Assembly (NCBI GenBank): GCA_016218545.1
Contig: JACRDQ010000020.1
Location: 34,455-98,454, forward strand
DNA: 64,000 bases
Origin: Elusimicrobiota bacterium
GTDB taxonomy: Bacteria; Elusimicrobiota; Elusimicrobia; UBA1565; UBA9628
Direction of reading: 5' to 3'
Shown in pieces: positions 1 to 9,179 of the stretch (positions within the stretch are counted from its first letter, which is position 1; each line of letters begins with the position of its first letter). The notes under the pieces were generated by a model that saw only the letters and a list, made by a program, of their open reading frames with translations, was not told the origin of the DNA and did not search any database. A program made the translations under genes and the position numbers.

Positions 1-1
1 C

Positions 2-2269
2 CTGTCCGAGCCCGAGTTCCGGGGCCTGGTGCGGGCCGCCAAGGAGCTCCGGGCAGGAGCCGCCTTCTTCACGCACCCGCTGTTCCGCAGGCAGCGCCTC
101 CTCCTGGCCGGGAAGGTGCCGGGCCTGGAGACCGCGGTCTGGACCGGCGGCCTGCTCCTGGCCCGGGACCTCATGGCCAGGCTGGGCCTGCCGCTCGGCC
201 CGGAGGGCTTCCATCACGAGGACGTGCTCACGGACCCGGAGGCTGCGGCGGACTACCGGTGGGAGCCGGGCAACGCGGCAGCCTCGGCCCCGGGACACGA
301 CGTGGTCTATCTCTACACCGGCTCGGACTGCGCCTACCGGCGGCCGGTGGCAGGCAACCCCTGCTACGCCGGAGTATCGCTGCCTCCCTCGGCCCACGCC
401 TTCGGCTGCGCCTTCTGCGGGGACCGCCAGGACCGGCCGGCGCCGGGGCCGACCGTGTCCGCCGCGTGGATCGAGAAGCAGATCCGGGACCTCACCGCGG
501 GCCGCAGGCCGGGCCAGCGGCCCGCCGCCCTGGTCCTGCCCGACGTAGGAGACGCGGAGCTCCTGGCCAAGACCATGGCCAGCATGCGCCGCCGCGGCAT
601 GGGCAAGACCCCCCTGCTCATGGGCGTGCGTCTCGACCGCCTGCTCCGGGTCAGGCCGGCGCTCGAGGATCTCCTGGCCGGCATGAGCAAGGGCGAGTCC
701 ATCCACTGCGTCACGGTCGGAGCGGAGAACTTCGCGGCGGACGAACTCCGGCGCTTCAACAAGGGCTTCGAGCCCTTGACCGTGGTCCGCGGGATCAACC
801 TCCTCAAGGAGCTGGAGGCCTCGCAAGGCGGCAGGTTCCTCTATTCCGGGTACAAGCCCCTAGCCGTCATCCTGCTGACCCCTTGGACGCGGCCCTGCGA
901 CCTGGCCTACAACCTCCGCCTCATCCGGCACTTCAAGCTCGAGGACGAGGCAGGCAACCTCTTCAGCTCGCGCCTCCGCCTGCACCCGGAGCTGCCCATC
1001 ACCTCCCTGGCCGCCAAGGACGGTCTCCTGGGCAGGACGCCGGACCGCGCCCTGGCCATGGCCAGGCGCAGGCTGGAGCGTTCCGAGCGCGGCTGGCGCT
1101 TCAAGGACCCGCGCATGGAGCCGGTCAACAGCCTGGCCGGCCGGCTCGAGCGCAGTCCCTCCCTGGCCGGAGACCGCCTCTACGAGGATATCCAGAAAGG
1201 CCTGGCCTGGACCGAACGCGACAAGGGCCAACTGACGGACATCCTCTTGGCCTCGGCCAGGCTCGCTGACTCCTCCCCAAAGCCCATCCCCGCAGAGAAG
1301 CTCTTCGAGTCCAGCCTGGCGGCCTGGCGCGCCGGGCCGGCACCCCTGCTCCCCGGCAAGCGCCTGGGCCTCGAGCTCCTGGGACCTGCGGAGTACGTGG
1401 AGCGCTGCCTGGCCCTGGTCCATCAGGGACCCAGAGCCGCCTTGTCCCTGGAAGGCCTGCCTCCGGCCGCCGAGCTCAAGGGCCTGGCAAGGACCGGCCC
1501 TGGCCTACACGCCAAGGTGGTGGAGCGAGGCCCGGCCTCCACGCTCTACGCGGCCCGCGACGCCAAGACCTTGGAGCGCCTCATCCGCCTGGAGAGCGGG
1601 CCCAAGGCCAAGCAGGCTCGAGCCTCGACCATCAGCGAGCTCGGGAAGCTCTACGGCTACCCCTCATGCTGCGTCCGGGCCTGGCTGAAGAACCCCTGGC
1701 GCCAAGGAGGCTTCAGCGAATGGCTGGCGCTCCTGACCCGCGCAGCTTCTCCGGGCCCGTGCCCTGGCCTGCACCTGCCCCTCCTGGTCTCGGACTTGGC
1801 TTTCATCCCCTGCTCCGCCCAGTGCCGGGCCGCTGAGGCTGCCTGCCGGTCCTGGTTCAAGGCCCTGGGAGGCTCCCTGACCGCGAAGGCCCTGTCCGAC
1901 AGGGTCTTCGTGCACTCCCTGCTGGACCGGGCGGACGGCGCCTCCTTCATCCCCGGGTCGAGGCAAGGAAGGGTCATCCGCTACGACCCCTCGAGCGTCA
2001 CCGGCACTGAGGGCGGTGTGGCCGCGTGGCTCAGGAAAGGGGACCGGCTCGAGCAAGACTGCGGCCAGGTCTCGGTCTTCAGGGGCGAGAAGGCCCTGCG
2101 GCGCTGGGTCGCGGAAGCCGCGGTCTGGGACAGACAGGCCATGGCGGACCCTGAGTTCTGGGTCGAGCTCGCAGCCGCGGCCCTGAGACGCTCAGGGCCG
2201 GCCGGCGTCCGCCAACCGCGCCTCAAGCATGCTCACCAGGCCGGTCAGCAGCTTCTTCTCAGCCTCTGA
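2..2269 (+). CDS. Radical SAM-like protein with atypical Cys motif and C-terminal DUF483-like Cys-rich domain (5' truncated by window edge)
   Basis: Frame is open from position 2. Contains C-x10-C-x14-CAFC, GAENF..LRRFNKG and ILLTPWT motifs shared with the 2192-4240 gene, then LGKLYGYPSCC and FIPCSAQC in the C-terminal part. Confidence 0.7.
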   Translation: MSEPEFRGLVRAAKELRAGAAFFTHPLFRRQRLLLAGKVPGLETAVWTGGLLLARDLMARLGLPLGPEGFHHEDVLTDPEAAADYRWEPGNAAASAPGHDVVYLYTGSDCAYRRPVAGNPCYAGVSLPPSAHAFGCAFCGDRQDRPAPGPTVSAAWIEKQIRDLTAGRRPGQRPAALVLPDVGDAELLAKTMASMRRRGMGKTPLLMGVRLDRLLRVRPALEDLLAGMSKGESIHCVTVGAENFAADELRRFNKGFEPLTVVRGINLLKELEASQGGRFLYSGYKPLAVILLTPWTRPCDLAYNLRLIRHFKLEDEAGNLFSSRLRLHPELPITSLAAKDGLLGRTPDRALAMARRRLERSERGWRFKDPRMEPVNSLAGRLERSPSLAGDRLYEDIQKGLAWTERDKGQLTDILLASARLADSSPKPIPAEKLFESSLAAWRAGPAPLLPGKRLGLELLGPAEYVERCLALVHQGPRAALSLEGLPPAAELKGLARTGPGLHAKVVERGPASTLYAARDAKTLERLIRLESGPKAKQARASTISELGKLYGYPSCCVRAWLKNPWRQGGFSEWLALLTRAASPGPCPGLHLPLLVSDLAFIPCSAQCRAAEAACRSWFKALGGSLTAKALSDRVFVHSLLDRADGASFIPGSRQGRVIRYDPSSVTGTEGGVAAWLRKGDRLEQDCGQVSVFRGEKALRRWVAEAAVWDRQAMADPEFWVELAAAALRRSGPAGVRQPRLKHAHQAGQQLLLSL

Positions 2270-4240
2270 CCACACCGGGGTCTGGGCCAGGTACACGGCC
2301 TTGAACCTCCGCGTCTCGAAGAAGCAGGGCCCCTGGCTCTGCCGCTCCTTGAGGTCGAGCACGATCCTCCTGTCGTCCAGCAGGACGTTCAGGCGGAATG
2401 CGCGGCCAGGACACCCGCGGAAGGACGCGGCTGACACCGACTCGAGCTCGAGCTTGGCCGCGACCTTCAGCTCTTTGCGGACCTGCGCCACTGCGCGCTG
2501 TTCAGCGGAGGACGGCTTGGAGAGGACCGGAGGATTGTCCTCCCCTGCCAAGGGCTCGGGAGCGCCGGCATGCGCTCTTTTGACCCGCGCCACAGCCTCG
2601 GCCAGGAGGCCCGTCCTCGACCACGTCTCCTGAGCGCGCTCGAAGAGCTCCAGGAGCTCCAGAGCCGCCTCGAGGATGCTCCACGGAGGCCTGGTCGTGC
2701 GGCCTGAGCACGCTTCATCCCGGAACACGCTCGACAAGAGGTCGTATTCCGGGTCTCCGCGGAACAGGGTTCGCGCCTCGGGACACTCCATGGCGACATA
2801 GAGCCGGACGAGGATGCGGAAGAAGTCCGCGACCTTGCGGTCCTTGAACCGCCAGGGCATGGAGCTCCACAGCACCTGGAGACCGAAGCATGGATAGAAG
2901 AGGAGCCCCGGGTCCTCGTACTCGGGGAGGATGACGCCGCCCTCGTGCTCCGCCAGAGCGGCCAGGGCGGTCCCTTTACGGAGCATCAGGCTCGTGCAGA
3001 GCCACAGCCCGTTGCCGTCGAACCCGCGGCGGCCGGCCTCCCGGAGGTTCACGCGGAGTTCCGCGAGCGTGGTCCACGGGGTGAACAGGAGCATCAGCCA
3101 GTTCCTGCCGTCCCCCCGCGCCTGGAAAGCCTTCGGCCAGCGCCGGCTCCAGCCCGCCATGAGCCTGAAGACCTCGTCCACCTGGGCGATGGAGATGTCC
3201 TTGTTGTAGAGCCTCATGACCGCTGGAGAGAAGTTCTCGATGCCCATGACCTCGAAGCTCATCCGGTGCCCGGCTGCCGCGGCCTTGGGCAGGACCGCCG
3301 AAATGCGGCTCCGGGATGAGAGGACGTCGTCGATGCGCGGGCAGAAGACGAACCGGGCCGGCCTCAGGCCGATGCGCAGCACCATGTCGAAGAAGAGGTC
3401 GATGCGATGGAAGAGGCCGAGGTCGTAGACGATGTAGGCGCCCCGGCTCCTGGATTGCCGAGGCCCTCCCCGTGACGCGGCCTTGAGCTGGCGCTCAGCC
3501 AAGTCCAGGGAGCCGGCCTGGTGCCCGGCCAAGGGCCCGGTCTCGATGGAGCCCCCGCAGAAGCTGCACCCGGGAGGAAGGTCCGGCGCGCCCACCACTC
3601 CCCTGAAGCAGGGGTTCTTGGCGGGAGAGGGCCTGCCCCTGCAGCTGCGGCCTCCCAGGATGATCACCGGAGGGCCGTCCTCGGCCTTGGCCATGGCGCC
3701 CACGGGCGCGGCGCGGTAGTCGGGCTCCACCGCGTCGAGGACGGACCTGCCCTCCCCTGGATGCGGACCCGCTCCCAGCCACCTGGAGAACCAGCCGGGC
3801 TCATGGGTGAGTTCCCGCCCCTCGCCCTTGCCCCTGACCAGCCTGAGGTAGGGGTCGAGCTCCGGGTCGTGCTCGCCCCACCGGAGAGCCTCCATGTCGA
3901 ACTCGCAGGGAAGGACCATGAAGCGCCGCGCTCCAGAGGCGCGGACCGCGGACCGGACCCCCGGGACGAGGAGCTCGTTGGAGACCACGTGCGTGGGTCG
4001 GAAGGCCTTCAGCCTCCTCTTGAGGACCTCGAGGTCCCCCCTCTCCAGGCCGGCCCGGAGCACGCGGCCGAGCGGCCGCTCCCACGCGATGCCGGTCCTG
4101 GCCTTGAAGAAGAGCCACTGGGCCGGCACGCCGCAGTCCCGCGCCACCCCCTTGAAGAACGGATAGAACATGGAGGTCTCGCGCCGGTCATCCATGCTCG
4201 AGAGGAACTCCAACAGCAGCAAGCGGGGGTTCGGACTCAC
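2192..4240 (-). CDS. Radical SAM-like protein with atypical Cys motif (paralogue of 2-2269)
   Basis: C-x10-C-x13-CSFC, GIENFS..MRLYNK and LFTPWTT motifs. Starts 5 nt after the upstream stop. Convergent 78-nt 3' overlap with ORF1. Confidence 0.7.
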   Translation of the reverse strand: MSPNPRLLLLEFLSSMDDRRETSMFYPFFKGVARDCGVPAQWLFFKARTGIAWERPLGRVLRAGLERGDLEVLKRRLKAFRPTHVVSNELLVPGVRSAVRASGARRFMVLPCEFDMEALRWGEHDPELDPYLRLVRGKGEGRELTHEPGWFSRWLGAGPHPGEGRSVLDAVEPDYRAAPVGAMAKAEDGPPVIILGGRSCRGRPSPAKNPCFRGVVGAPDLPPGCSFCGGSIETGPLAGHQAGSLDLAERQLKAASRGGPRQSRSRGAYIVYDLGLFHRIDLFFDMVLRIGLRPARFVFCPRIDDVLSSRSRISAVLPKAAAAGHRMSFEVMGIENFSPAVMRLYNKDISIAQVDEVFRLMAGWSRRWPKAFQARGDGRNWLMLLFTPWTTLAELRVNLREAGRRGFDGNGLWLCTSLMLRKGTALAALAEHEGGVILPEYEDPGLLFYPCFGLQVLWSSMPWRFKDRKVADFFRILVRLYVAMECPEARTLFRGDPEYDLLSSVFRDEACSGRTTRPPWSILEAALELLELFERAQETWSRTGLLAEAVARVKRAHAGAPEPLAGEDNPPVLSKPSSAEQRAVAQVRKELKVAAKLELESVSAASFRGCPGRAFRLNVLLDDRRIVLDLKERQSQGPCFFETRRFKAVYLAQTPVWSEAEKKLLTGLVSMLEARLADAGRP

Positions 4241-4245
4241 GGGCT

Positions 4246-6879
4246 TCAGTCCGGCATGGCCTCAGGGAAGAGGCCGGCCATGCGCGTGAAAAAGGCGGAG
4301 CAGAGCCTCCCCATCCTCATCTGGCTCTCGAAGATCGCGGCAGCCTCGGGCCTGCGGGACGCGGCTCTCCTCATGCTCTCGATGTGCGCGTCACGGTCGC
4401 GCCTGAGTTCCTCCAGACGCCCGATCGCGGCGATCTTCCCCACCCTGTTGACCTTCTTCATCTCGGGCAGGACCTTCTCCACGGGCAGGGTGCACCCGAT
4501 GTACACGGACCCGTCCGTGTCCACGGTCAGGCCGCGCGAGGCGAGGAGGGGCTCGTCTGCGGTGTTGGTGAGGTTGGCCAGGCCCATGCGCCGGCCCGAG
4601 GCCCGGAGCCTTCCCAGCAAACGATAGACCTCCTCGAGATAGCGGCGGCCGGCCTCCCCGGTCCAGAGCCCCCCGACCTCGTAGAGCAGGTCTAGCTCCC
4701 TTACCCCGAGCTCCGCGAGGTACATGCCGTTGTCGCTCAGGCGCCCCACGCCTGCGGGCCGCACGACCATGCTGGCCTGCACGTGCCAGCCCGATCTCAG
4801 GGCCCGCTGGAGGTTGGCGAGGAGCTTGCGGTAAGGATAGGACACGCCGGAGTCACGCAGGGGCCGATACTCGCCCTGGGTCAGGCGGTCGCCGTCGATG
4901 CTGAAGATGACGCGGACCTCATGCTTCCTGAGGAAGTCGAGGGTCTCGGCGTCCAGCAGGAGGCCGTTGGTGGCCACGGAGCAGAACGCCTGCCTGCCGA
5001 ATTCCAGGGCCCTGGCCCTCACCTGGTCCGCCGCCTCAGCCACGAGGTCGCGGCGGAGCAGGGGCTCCCCGCCGAAGAGCTGGATGTCCACGCTCGGGCC
5101 CGGCCCGTCGATCATGAGGTCGATGGCGCGGCGCAGGACCTCCCGGGACATGTCCGGACCCCGCCGGACGAGCTGGCAGTAGCGGCACCCCATCTGGCAG
5201 CGCCGGGTGAGCATGGGCATGAGACTGCGCAGGGAAGGGAACGCCCCGGCCGCGCCCGCGTGCCTGGACTCGGGCGAGCGCAGGGTCCCTCCCTGGCTCT
5301 GCGGCCGAAGGTCGCGGCAGAAGCGGTCCTCCGAAGCTCCCTTCGCGCCCTTCCCGAAGAAGACCCCGTAGCGCTCGCAGGGGAGGCAGGCCTTGTGCAG
5401 GGTCCGGAACGAGGGCCGCCGCCCCTCGCGCAGGTCCGCGGCCATATCGAGGAGGAACGGCGAAGGCGGCCGCACGCACGCGTTCTCCGCCCGGCCCAGC
5501 TTCATGAGCGCCTCGATCTCCGGCCCGGAGAGGTGCTTCGAGGAGGTCACCACCGGGGCGCCGGCCCGGTGGCTCCGGCAGTAGTCCCGGAAGGACCGGA
5601 CGGGGCTCTTGATGCCCAGGGACTTGCCCTGCAGGTGCCAGGCCGAACCCGGATCCAGGGGAATGCGCTCCATGCCGAAGTCCGCGCCGGGGAAGCGGTC
5701 CGCCAGCGAGCGGACGAGGTAGAGGGTCTTGGCCGCGTGGACCGCGGTCTCGCCCGGCAGGCCGGCCGTGAAGTTGATCTGCGGCTTGATCCCGCGGTCC
5801 ACCATCAGCCGGACCGCGGCCACGAGCGCCGCGTTGGTGAAGGATGCTCCCTTGTTGCGGCGCCGGACCTCCTCGGACCCGCACTCGGGAGCGACCGCCA
5901 GGGTCCCCCTTCCCGGGAAGGTCCTGCTGAACTCGGCGATGAACTCCTCCGTGGGCAGGCCGAAGCACTCGAAGGCGGAGGTGAGGCTCAGCTTCCTGCG
6001 GCGCATGGCCCGGAAGAGCTCCGGGTAGAACCGCCCCCCGGGCGCGGGATCGAAGTTGAAGTGGACCGTGCCGATGCCGTGGTCCGCCAGGGCCTCCAGG
6101 TCCGCGAGCACCGAATCCCGGGACGCGAAGAGCACGCCGTTCCTCTTGAAGAGCATGCGCTGTTGGGCCGCGCCGCCTCCGCAGTAGGTGCAGTCCTGGA
6201 CGCAGCCCCGGCCAGGCACGCAGAAATAGACCGGAGCCCGCTCCGCGCCGGGGTCGAAATCCGTGGACACCAGGGACAGGTAGCGCTCGTGATGCCGGAT
6301 GAGGCGGAAGTTGGTGAACCTGAGCCGGTCGAAGAGACCCTGCGTCACCGTGTAGGACTGCGGGTTGTGGACGACCTCTCCGCGCCTGCGCCAGCTGAGG
6401 TTGGACACGTACCCGAGGTCCGCTCCGGGCCGGTCCAGGGCAGCCAGGAGCACGGCCAGGGGGAGCTCGGGGTCTCCGCGCACGATGAAGTCCACCTCCG
6501 GGAAGGAGCGCATGATCTCGTCCGCGAAGAAGGTGGCGGTGAACCCGCCGAGGACCGTCCGGCAGCGCGGCGCCGCCTTCTTGACGCCGCGGGCCGCTTC
6601 GATCACGTCGTGGCTCTGGGGGTGCCAGTACAGGTCGAAAAGGGCGGCCGAGTAGCCCCCGTCAGCCACGAACGACGGCAAGTCGAAGCCCGGGTCCAGG
6701 GTCTTCTCGAGCCCGGCATGCACCACGGACACGTCCCGGCCCGTCCTGACCAGGAAGTCCGCGATGGCGGGCAGGCCCACCGGGAGGAGCTTGGTCGGTC
6801 CCTCGATGCCTCCGCCCTTGGGGACGTGGATGAAGACCGCTCTGCCTGCTCCCGCTCGCGGTCCGGCCGACTCTCTCAT
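4246..6879 (-). CDS. Fusion: cobalamin-binding radical SAM domain + second radical SAM domain
   Basis: N-terminal B12-binding-like region (LGGFTATFF, RGDPELPL) and GRGCVQDCTYC, then a second motif TRRCQMGCRYC with FGGEPLL, ATNGLLLD and FSIDG. Confidence 0.85.
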   Translation of the reverse strand: MRESAGPRAGAGRAVFIHVPKGGGIEGPTKLLPVGLPAIADFLVRTGRDVSVVHAGLEKTLDPGFDLPSFVADGGYSAALFDLYWHPQSHDVIEAARGVKKAAPRCRTVLGGFTATFFADEIMRSFPEVDFIVRGDPELPLAVLLAALDRPGADLGYVSNLSWRRRGEVVHNPQSYTVTQGLFDRLRFTNFRLIRHHERYLSLVSTDFDPGAERAPVYFCVPGRGCVQDCTYCGGGAAQQRMLFKRNGVLFASRDSVLADLEALADHGIGTVHFNFDPAPGGRFYPELFRAMRRRKLSLTSAFECFGLPTEEFIAEFSRTFPGRGTLAVAPECGSEEVRRRNKGASFTNAALVAAVRLMVDRGIKPQINFTAGLPGETAVHAAKTLYLVRSLADRFPGADFGMERIPLDPGSAWHLQGKSLGIKSPVRSFRDYCRSHRAGAPVVTSSKHLSGPEIEALMKLGRAENACVRPPSPFLLDMAADLREGRRPSFRTLHKACLPCERYGVFFGKGAKGASEDRFCRDLRPQSQGGTLRSPESRHAGAAGAFPSLRSLMPMLTRRCQMGCRYCQLVRRGPDMSREVLRRAIDLMIDGPGPSVDIQLFGGEPLLRRDLVAEAADQVRARALEFGRQAFCSVATNGLLLDAETLDFLRKHEVRVIFSIDGDRLTQGEYRPLRDSGVSYPYRKLLANLQRALRSGWHVQASMVVRPAGVGRLSDNGMYLAELGVRELDLLYEVGGLWTGEAGRRYLEEVYRLLGRLRASGRRMGLANLTNTADEPLLASRGLTVDTDGSVYIGCTLPVEKVLPEMKKVNRVGKIAAIGRLEELRRDRDAHIESMRRAASRRPEAAAIFESQMRMGRLCSAFFTRMAGLFPEAMPD

Positions 6880-6885
6880 AGGGTC

Positions 6886-7923
6886 TCAGGAGGACCCCGG
6901 CGCGGCCCGGACGCATCGCTTGGCCACGGACGCGCAGTAGTCGCAGGATTCGCAGCGCCCCTTGCAGCGCATGACCCGCGAGACGAAGCCCTTCGGGATG
7001 AGGCGGTTGTCGCACGACACCAAGCCCTTGGCGTAGACCTCCTCGTCGCTGAACAGGGTGAAGAGATTCCCGTCGAACCTGCGGTCGAAGTAGGCCGTGA
7101 GGACGCCCTTGAGCCGCTCCGAGGAGTCCTCCCTGTAAGCGACCTTGAAGACGTCGGCCAGGCCGTGCCGCTCGTAGTAGCCGAGGTCCTCGGGCCGGAT
7201 GAAGGGACGCCGGATCTCGTCAGCTCCGCGGTCGCTCTCGAAGAGGCACCGGTCATGGTCGAGCCGGCCGCCCAGAGTCTCACGCCAGCCGCGGGGAGAC
7301 CACGCCTCGAGGACCCCCCTCAGGACCCCCCAATCCGCGTGCCTCCAGGCGTAGGGGCAGCCCTGGTAGCAGCGGAGCACGCCCAGGAGCTTGACCCTCA
7401 AGCGCGGGAACGCGGCCTTGAGCCCGGCGATGTCCTTGAGCGCGGCGAAGTCCCGGTTGATCTCCGGGTCCACGCACAGGCTGGTCACCCCCAGACGCGC
7501 CGCGGCCCGAGCCTTGACCAGGGAGTTGACGCCCATGTAGATGGAGGATTGGACCGCGATCGCCGGGAACTCCTTGCGCAGGAGCGGGACCAGGGCCGGG
7601 TCCGAGACCGTGACGCAGGTCAGGCCCGCGTCCCGAGAGAGCCGCCGGACGCCTTCGAAAATGCGCCTTATGTCGTCGAAGAACAGGGGGTTCTTGTTGA
7701 GGAGGAGGTTGGTCCCGATGCCCTGGCCGCGGCAGAAGCGCGCCAGAGCCGCGACCTCCGCGTAGCGCAGGGGCTCGAGCCCGACGTAGGCAGAGGAGAA
7801 GTCGCAGCCCTGCCAGCCGCCGAAATAGACCTCGCAGACCTGCCCGGACAGGGAGGCCCAACGGACCAAGCCCAGGTCGCCGTTATAGGGGATGGAGAAG
7901 AGGATGCGGCCGTGGCCCTGCAC
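6886..7923 (-). CDS. Peptidase U32 family protein (Fe-S, putative O2-independent hydroxylase type)
   Basis: TNLLLN, VTVSDP, EINRDF, CYQGCPY, FIRPEDL, FKVAYR and C-terminal CKGRCESCDYC. Start moved to GTG 7923, which lies 6 nt below a TTGACG-17-TATCCT promoter. Confidence 0.8.
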   Translation of the reverse strand: MQGHGRILFSIPYNGDLGLVRWASLSGQVCEVYFGGWQGCDFSSAYVGLEPLRYAEVAALARFCRGQGIGTNLLLNKNPLFFDDIRRIFEGVRRLSRDAGLTCVTVSDPALVPLLRKEFPAIAVQSSIYMGVNSLVKARAAARLGVTSLCVDPEINRDFAALKDIAGLKAAFPRLRVKLLGVLRCYQGCPYAWRHADWGVLRGVLEAWSPRGWRETLGGRLDHDRCLFESDRGADEIRRPFIRPEDLGYYERHGLADVFKVAYREDSSERLKGVLTAYFDRRFDGNLFTLFSDEEVYAKGLVSCDNRLIPKGFVSRVMRCKGRCESCDYCASVAKRCVRAAPGSS

Positions 7924-7929
7924 AGGTAG

Positions 7930-7958
7930 AGGATAGGTTCTCCCCACCCCCCCGTCAA
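7930..7958 (-). promoter_or_regulatory. sigma70-type promoter of the U32/dual-rSAM/rSAM operon
   Basis: TTGACG (7958-7953), 17-nt spacer, TATCCT (7935-7930) on the minus strand. Confidence 0.6.
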
Positions 7959-7979
7959 GGCGCATGCTATCATATCGCC

Positions 7980-9179
7980 ATGGACCGGCAAGGCCCAGCC
8001 GAGGACCCGCTCGACAACACCTGCAACCTGACCCTCATCCTGACCCGCGCCTGCCAGCTGGCCTGCGCCTACTGCCGCATGAATCGCGACCCAGGGGCGG
8101 TCATGGAGGAGCCCGTGCTCCGCAGGGCCGTGGACCTGCTCATGGCCGGCCCCAGCCCGCAGGTCGCCCTGGATTTCTCGGGTGGAGAGCCCCTGCTGAG
8201 ATTCGACCTCCTCCGCCGGGGGCTCCTCTACGCCGAGGAAGCGGCCAAGGCCAAGGCCAAGAGACTGCGCTTGGACCTCAGCACCAACAGCCTGCTCCTC
8301 GACGAGCGCAAGGCCGGGTTCCTCATCGAGCACGGGGCGCGCATCCATGTCAGCTCCGACGGGAGCCTGGCCACCCACCGCCGCAACAGGCCCCCTGTCT
8401 CAGGGCCCTCCTCCGCCGCGGCCAGCCGATGCCGCCAGAGCATGCGCCTCCTGGCCAGGCTCGGGGTCCAGTTCGACGCGACCATGGTCGTCTTCCCCAA
8501 GGACGTCCGTTCCATGGTCGGCAACGCAGGAGCCCTCATGGACGCGGGCGCCAGCGTGGTCCAGATGGACTGCGCCCTGGGCATGCTCTGGAGCAGGGAG
8601 GAAGCCTCGGGTTTCGCGGAAGGCCTGGCCGCGGCCGCGCTCGAAGCCAGGCGCCGCCGCGCCAAGGGGGCGCGGGTCGCGGTCGAGAGCTCGTGCTTCG
8701 GCAACCCGGACATCAACAGCGTGCTCATGGCCATCGAGACCGACGGGACCATCCTCATGGGGTGCACCCCGACCATCGAGAGGGAGTGCCCGGGGCTTGC
8801 GAAGCTCCTGAGGTTCGGTTCCGTCAGGGCCCGCAAGAGCCTCGAAGGGCTGCGGCGGACCCCGTCCGAGCTGGCGCGGTTCATCCTGGACCGCATGGGA
8901 CCGGGGCGCGAGCGGGCCCTCTACGTCAACAACATGGTGGTGGGGCTCTCGACGCGCAAAGCCCTGGCGCACCGCGGCCTGGCCCCGCTCCCCGGTAGGG
9001 CCGCGACAGGGACGGCCTCAGGACCGGCCCGTCCCAGCCGGCCAGGACCTTGGGCGGGCAAGAACGCCGAGCGCTGGATCCTCGCCGAGCTCGCATGCCT
9101 CGAGGCGCAGGCCGGGGACATGCCGGGCCGCGGAGCATGGGACGGCTCGGGCGAGGAGGAGAAGGCCGGTCTCAGGTAG
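7980..9179 (+). CDS. Radical SAM protein (anSME/RiPP-maturase-like core without full SPASM cysteines)
   Basis: TRACQLACAYC, FSGGEPLL, STNSLLLD, SSDG and DGTILMGC. Visibly similar to the C-terminal domain of 4246-6879. TGcTATCAT lies 6 nt upstream of the ATG. Confidence 0.85.
   Translation: MDRQGPAEDPLDNTCNLTLILTRACQLACAYCRMNRDPGAVMEEPVLRRAVDLLMAGPSPQVALDFSGGEPLLRFDLLRRGLLYAEEAAKAKAKRLRLDLSTNSLLLDERKAGFLIEHGARIHVSSDGSLATHRRNRPPVSGPSSAAASRCRQSMRLLARLGVQFDATMVVFPKDVRSMVGNAGALMDAGASVVQMDCALGMLWSREEASGFAEGLAAAALEARRRRAKGARVAVESSCFGNPDINSVLMAIETDGTILMGCTPTIERECPGLAKLLRFGSVRARKSLEGLRRTPSELARFILDRMGPGRERALYVNNMVVGLSTRKALAHRGLAPLPGRAATGTASGPARPSRPGPWAGKNAERWILAELACLEAQAGDMPGRGAWDGSGEEEKAGLR

Noticed and set aside
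4783..7929. 1048-aa plus-strand ORF
   Set aside because: Antisense shadow of the dual radical SAM and U32 genes. No motifs; typical of high-GC codon bias.
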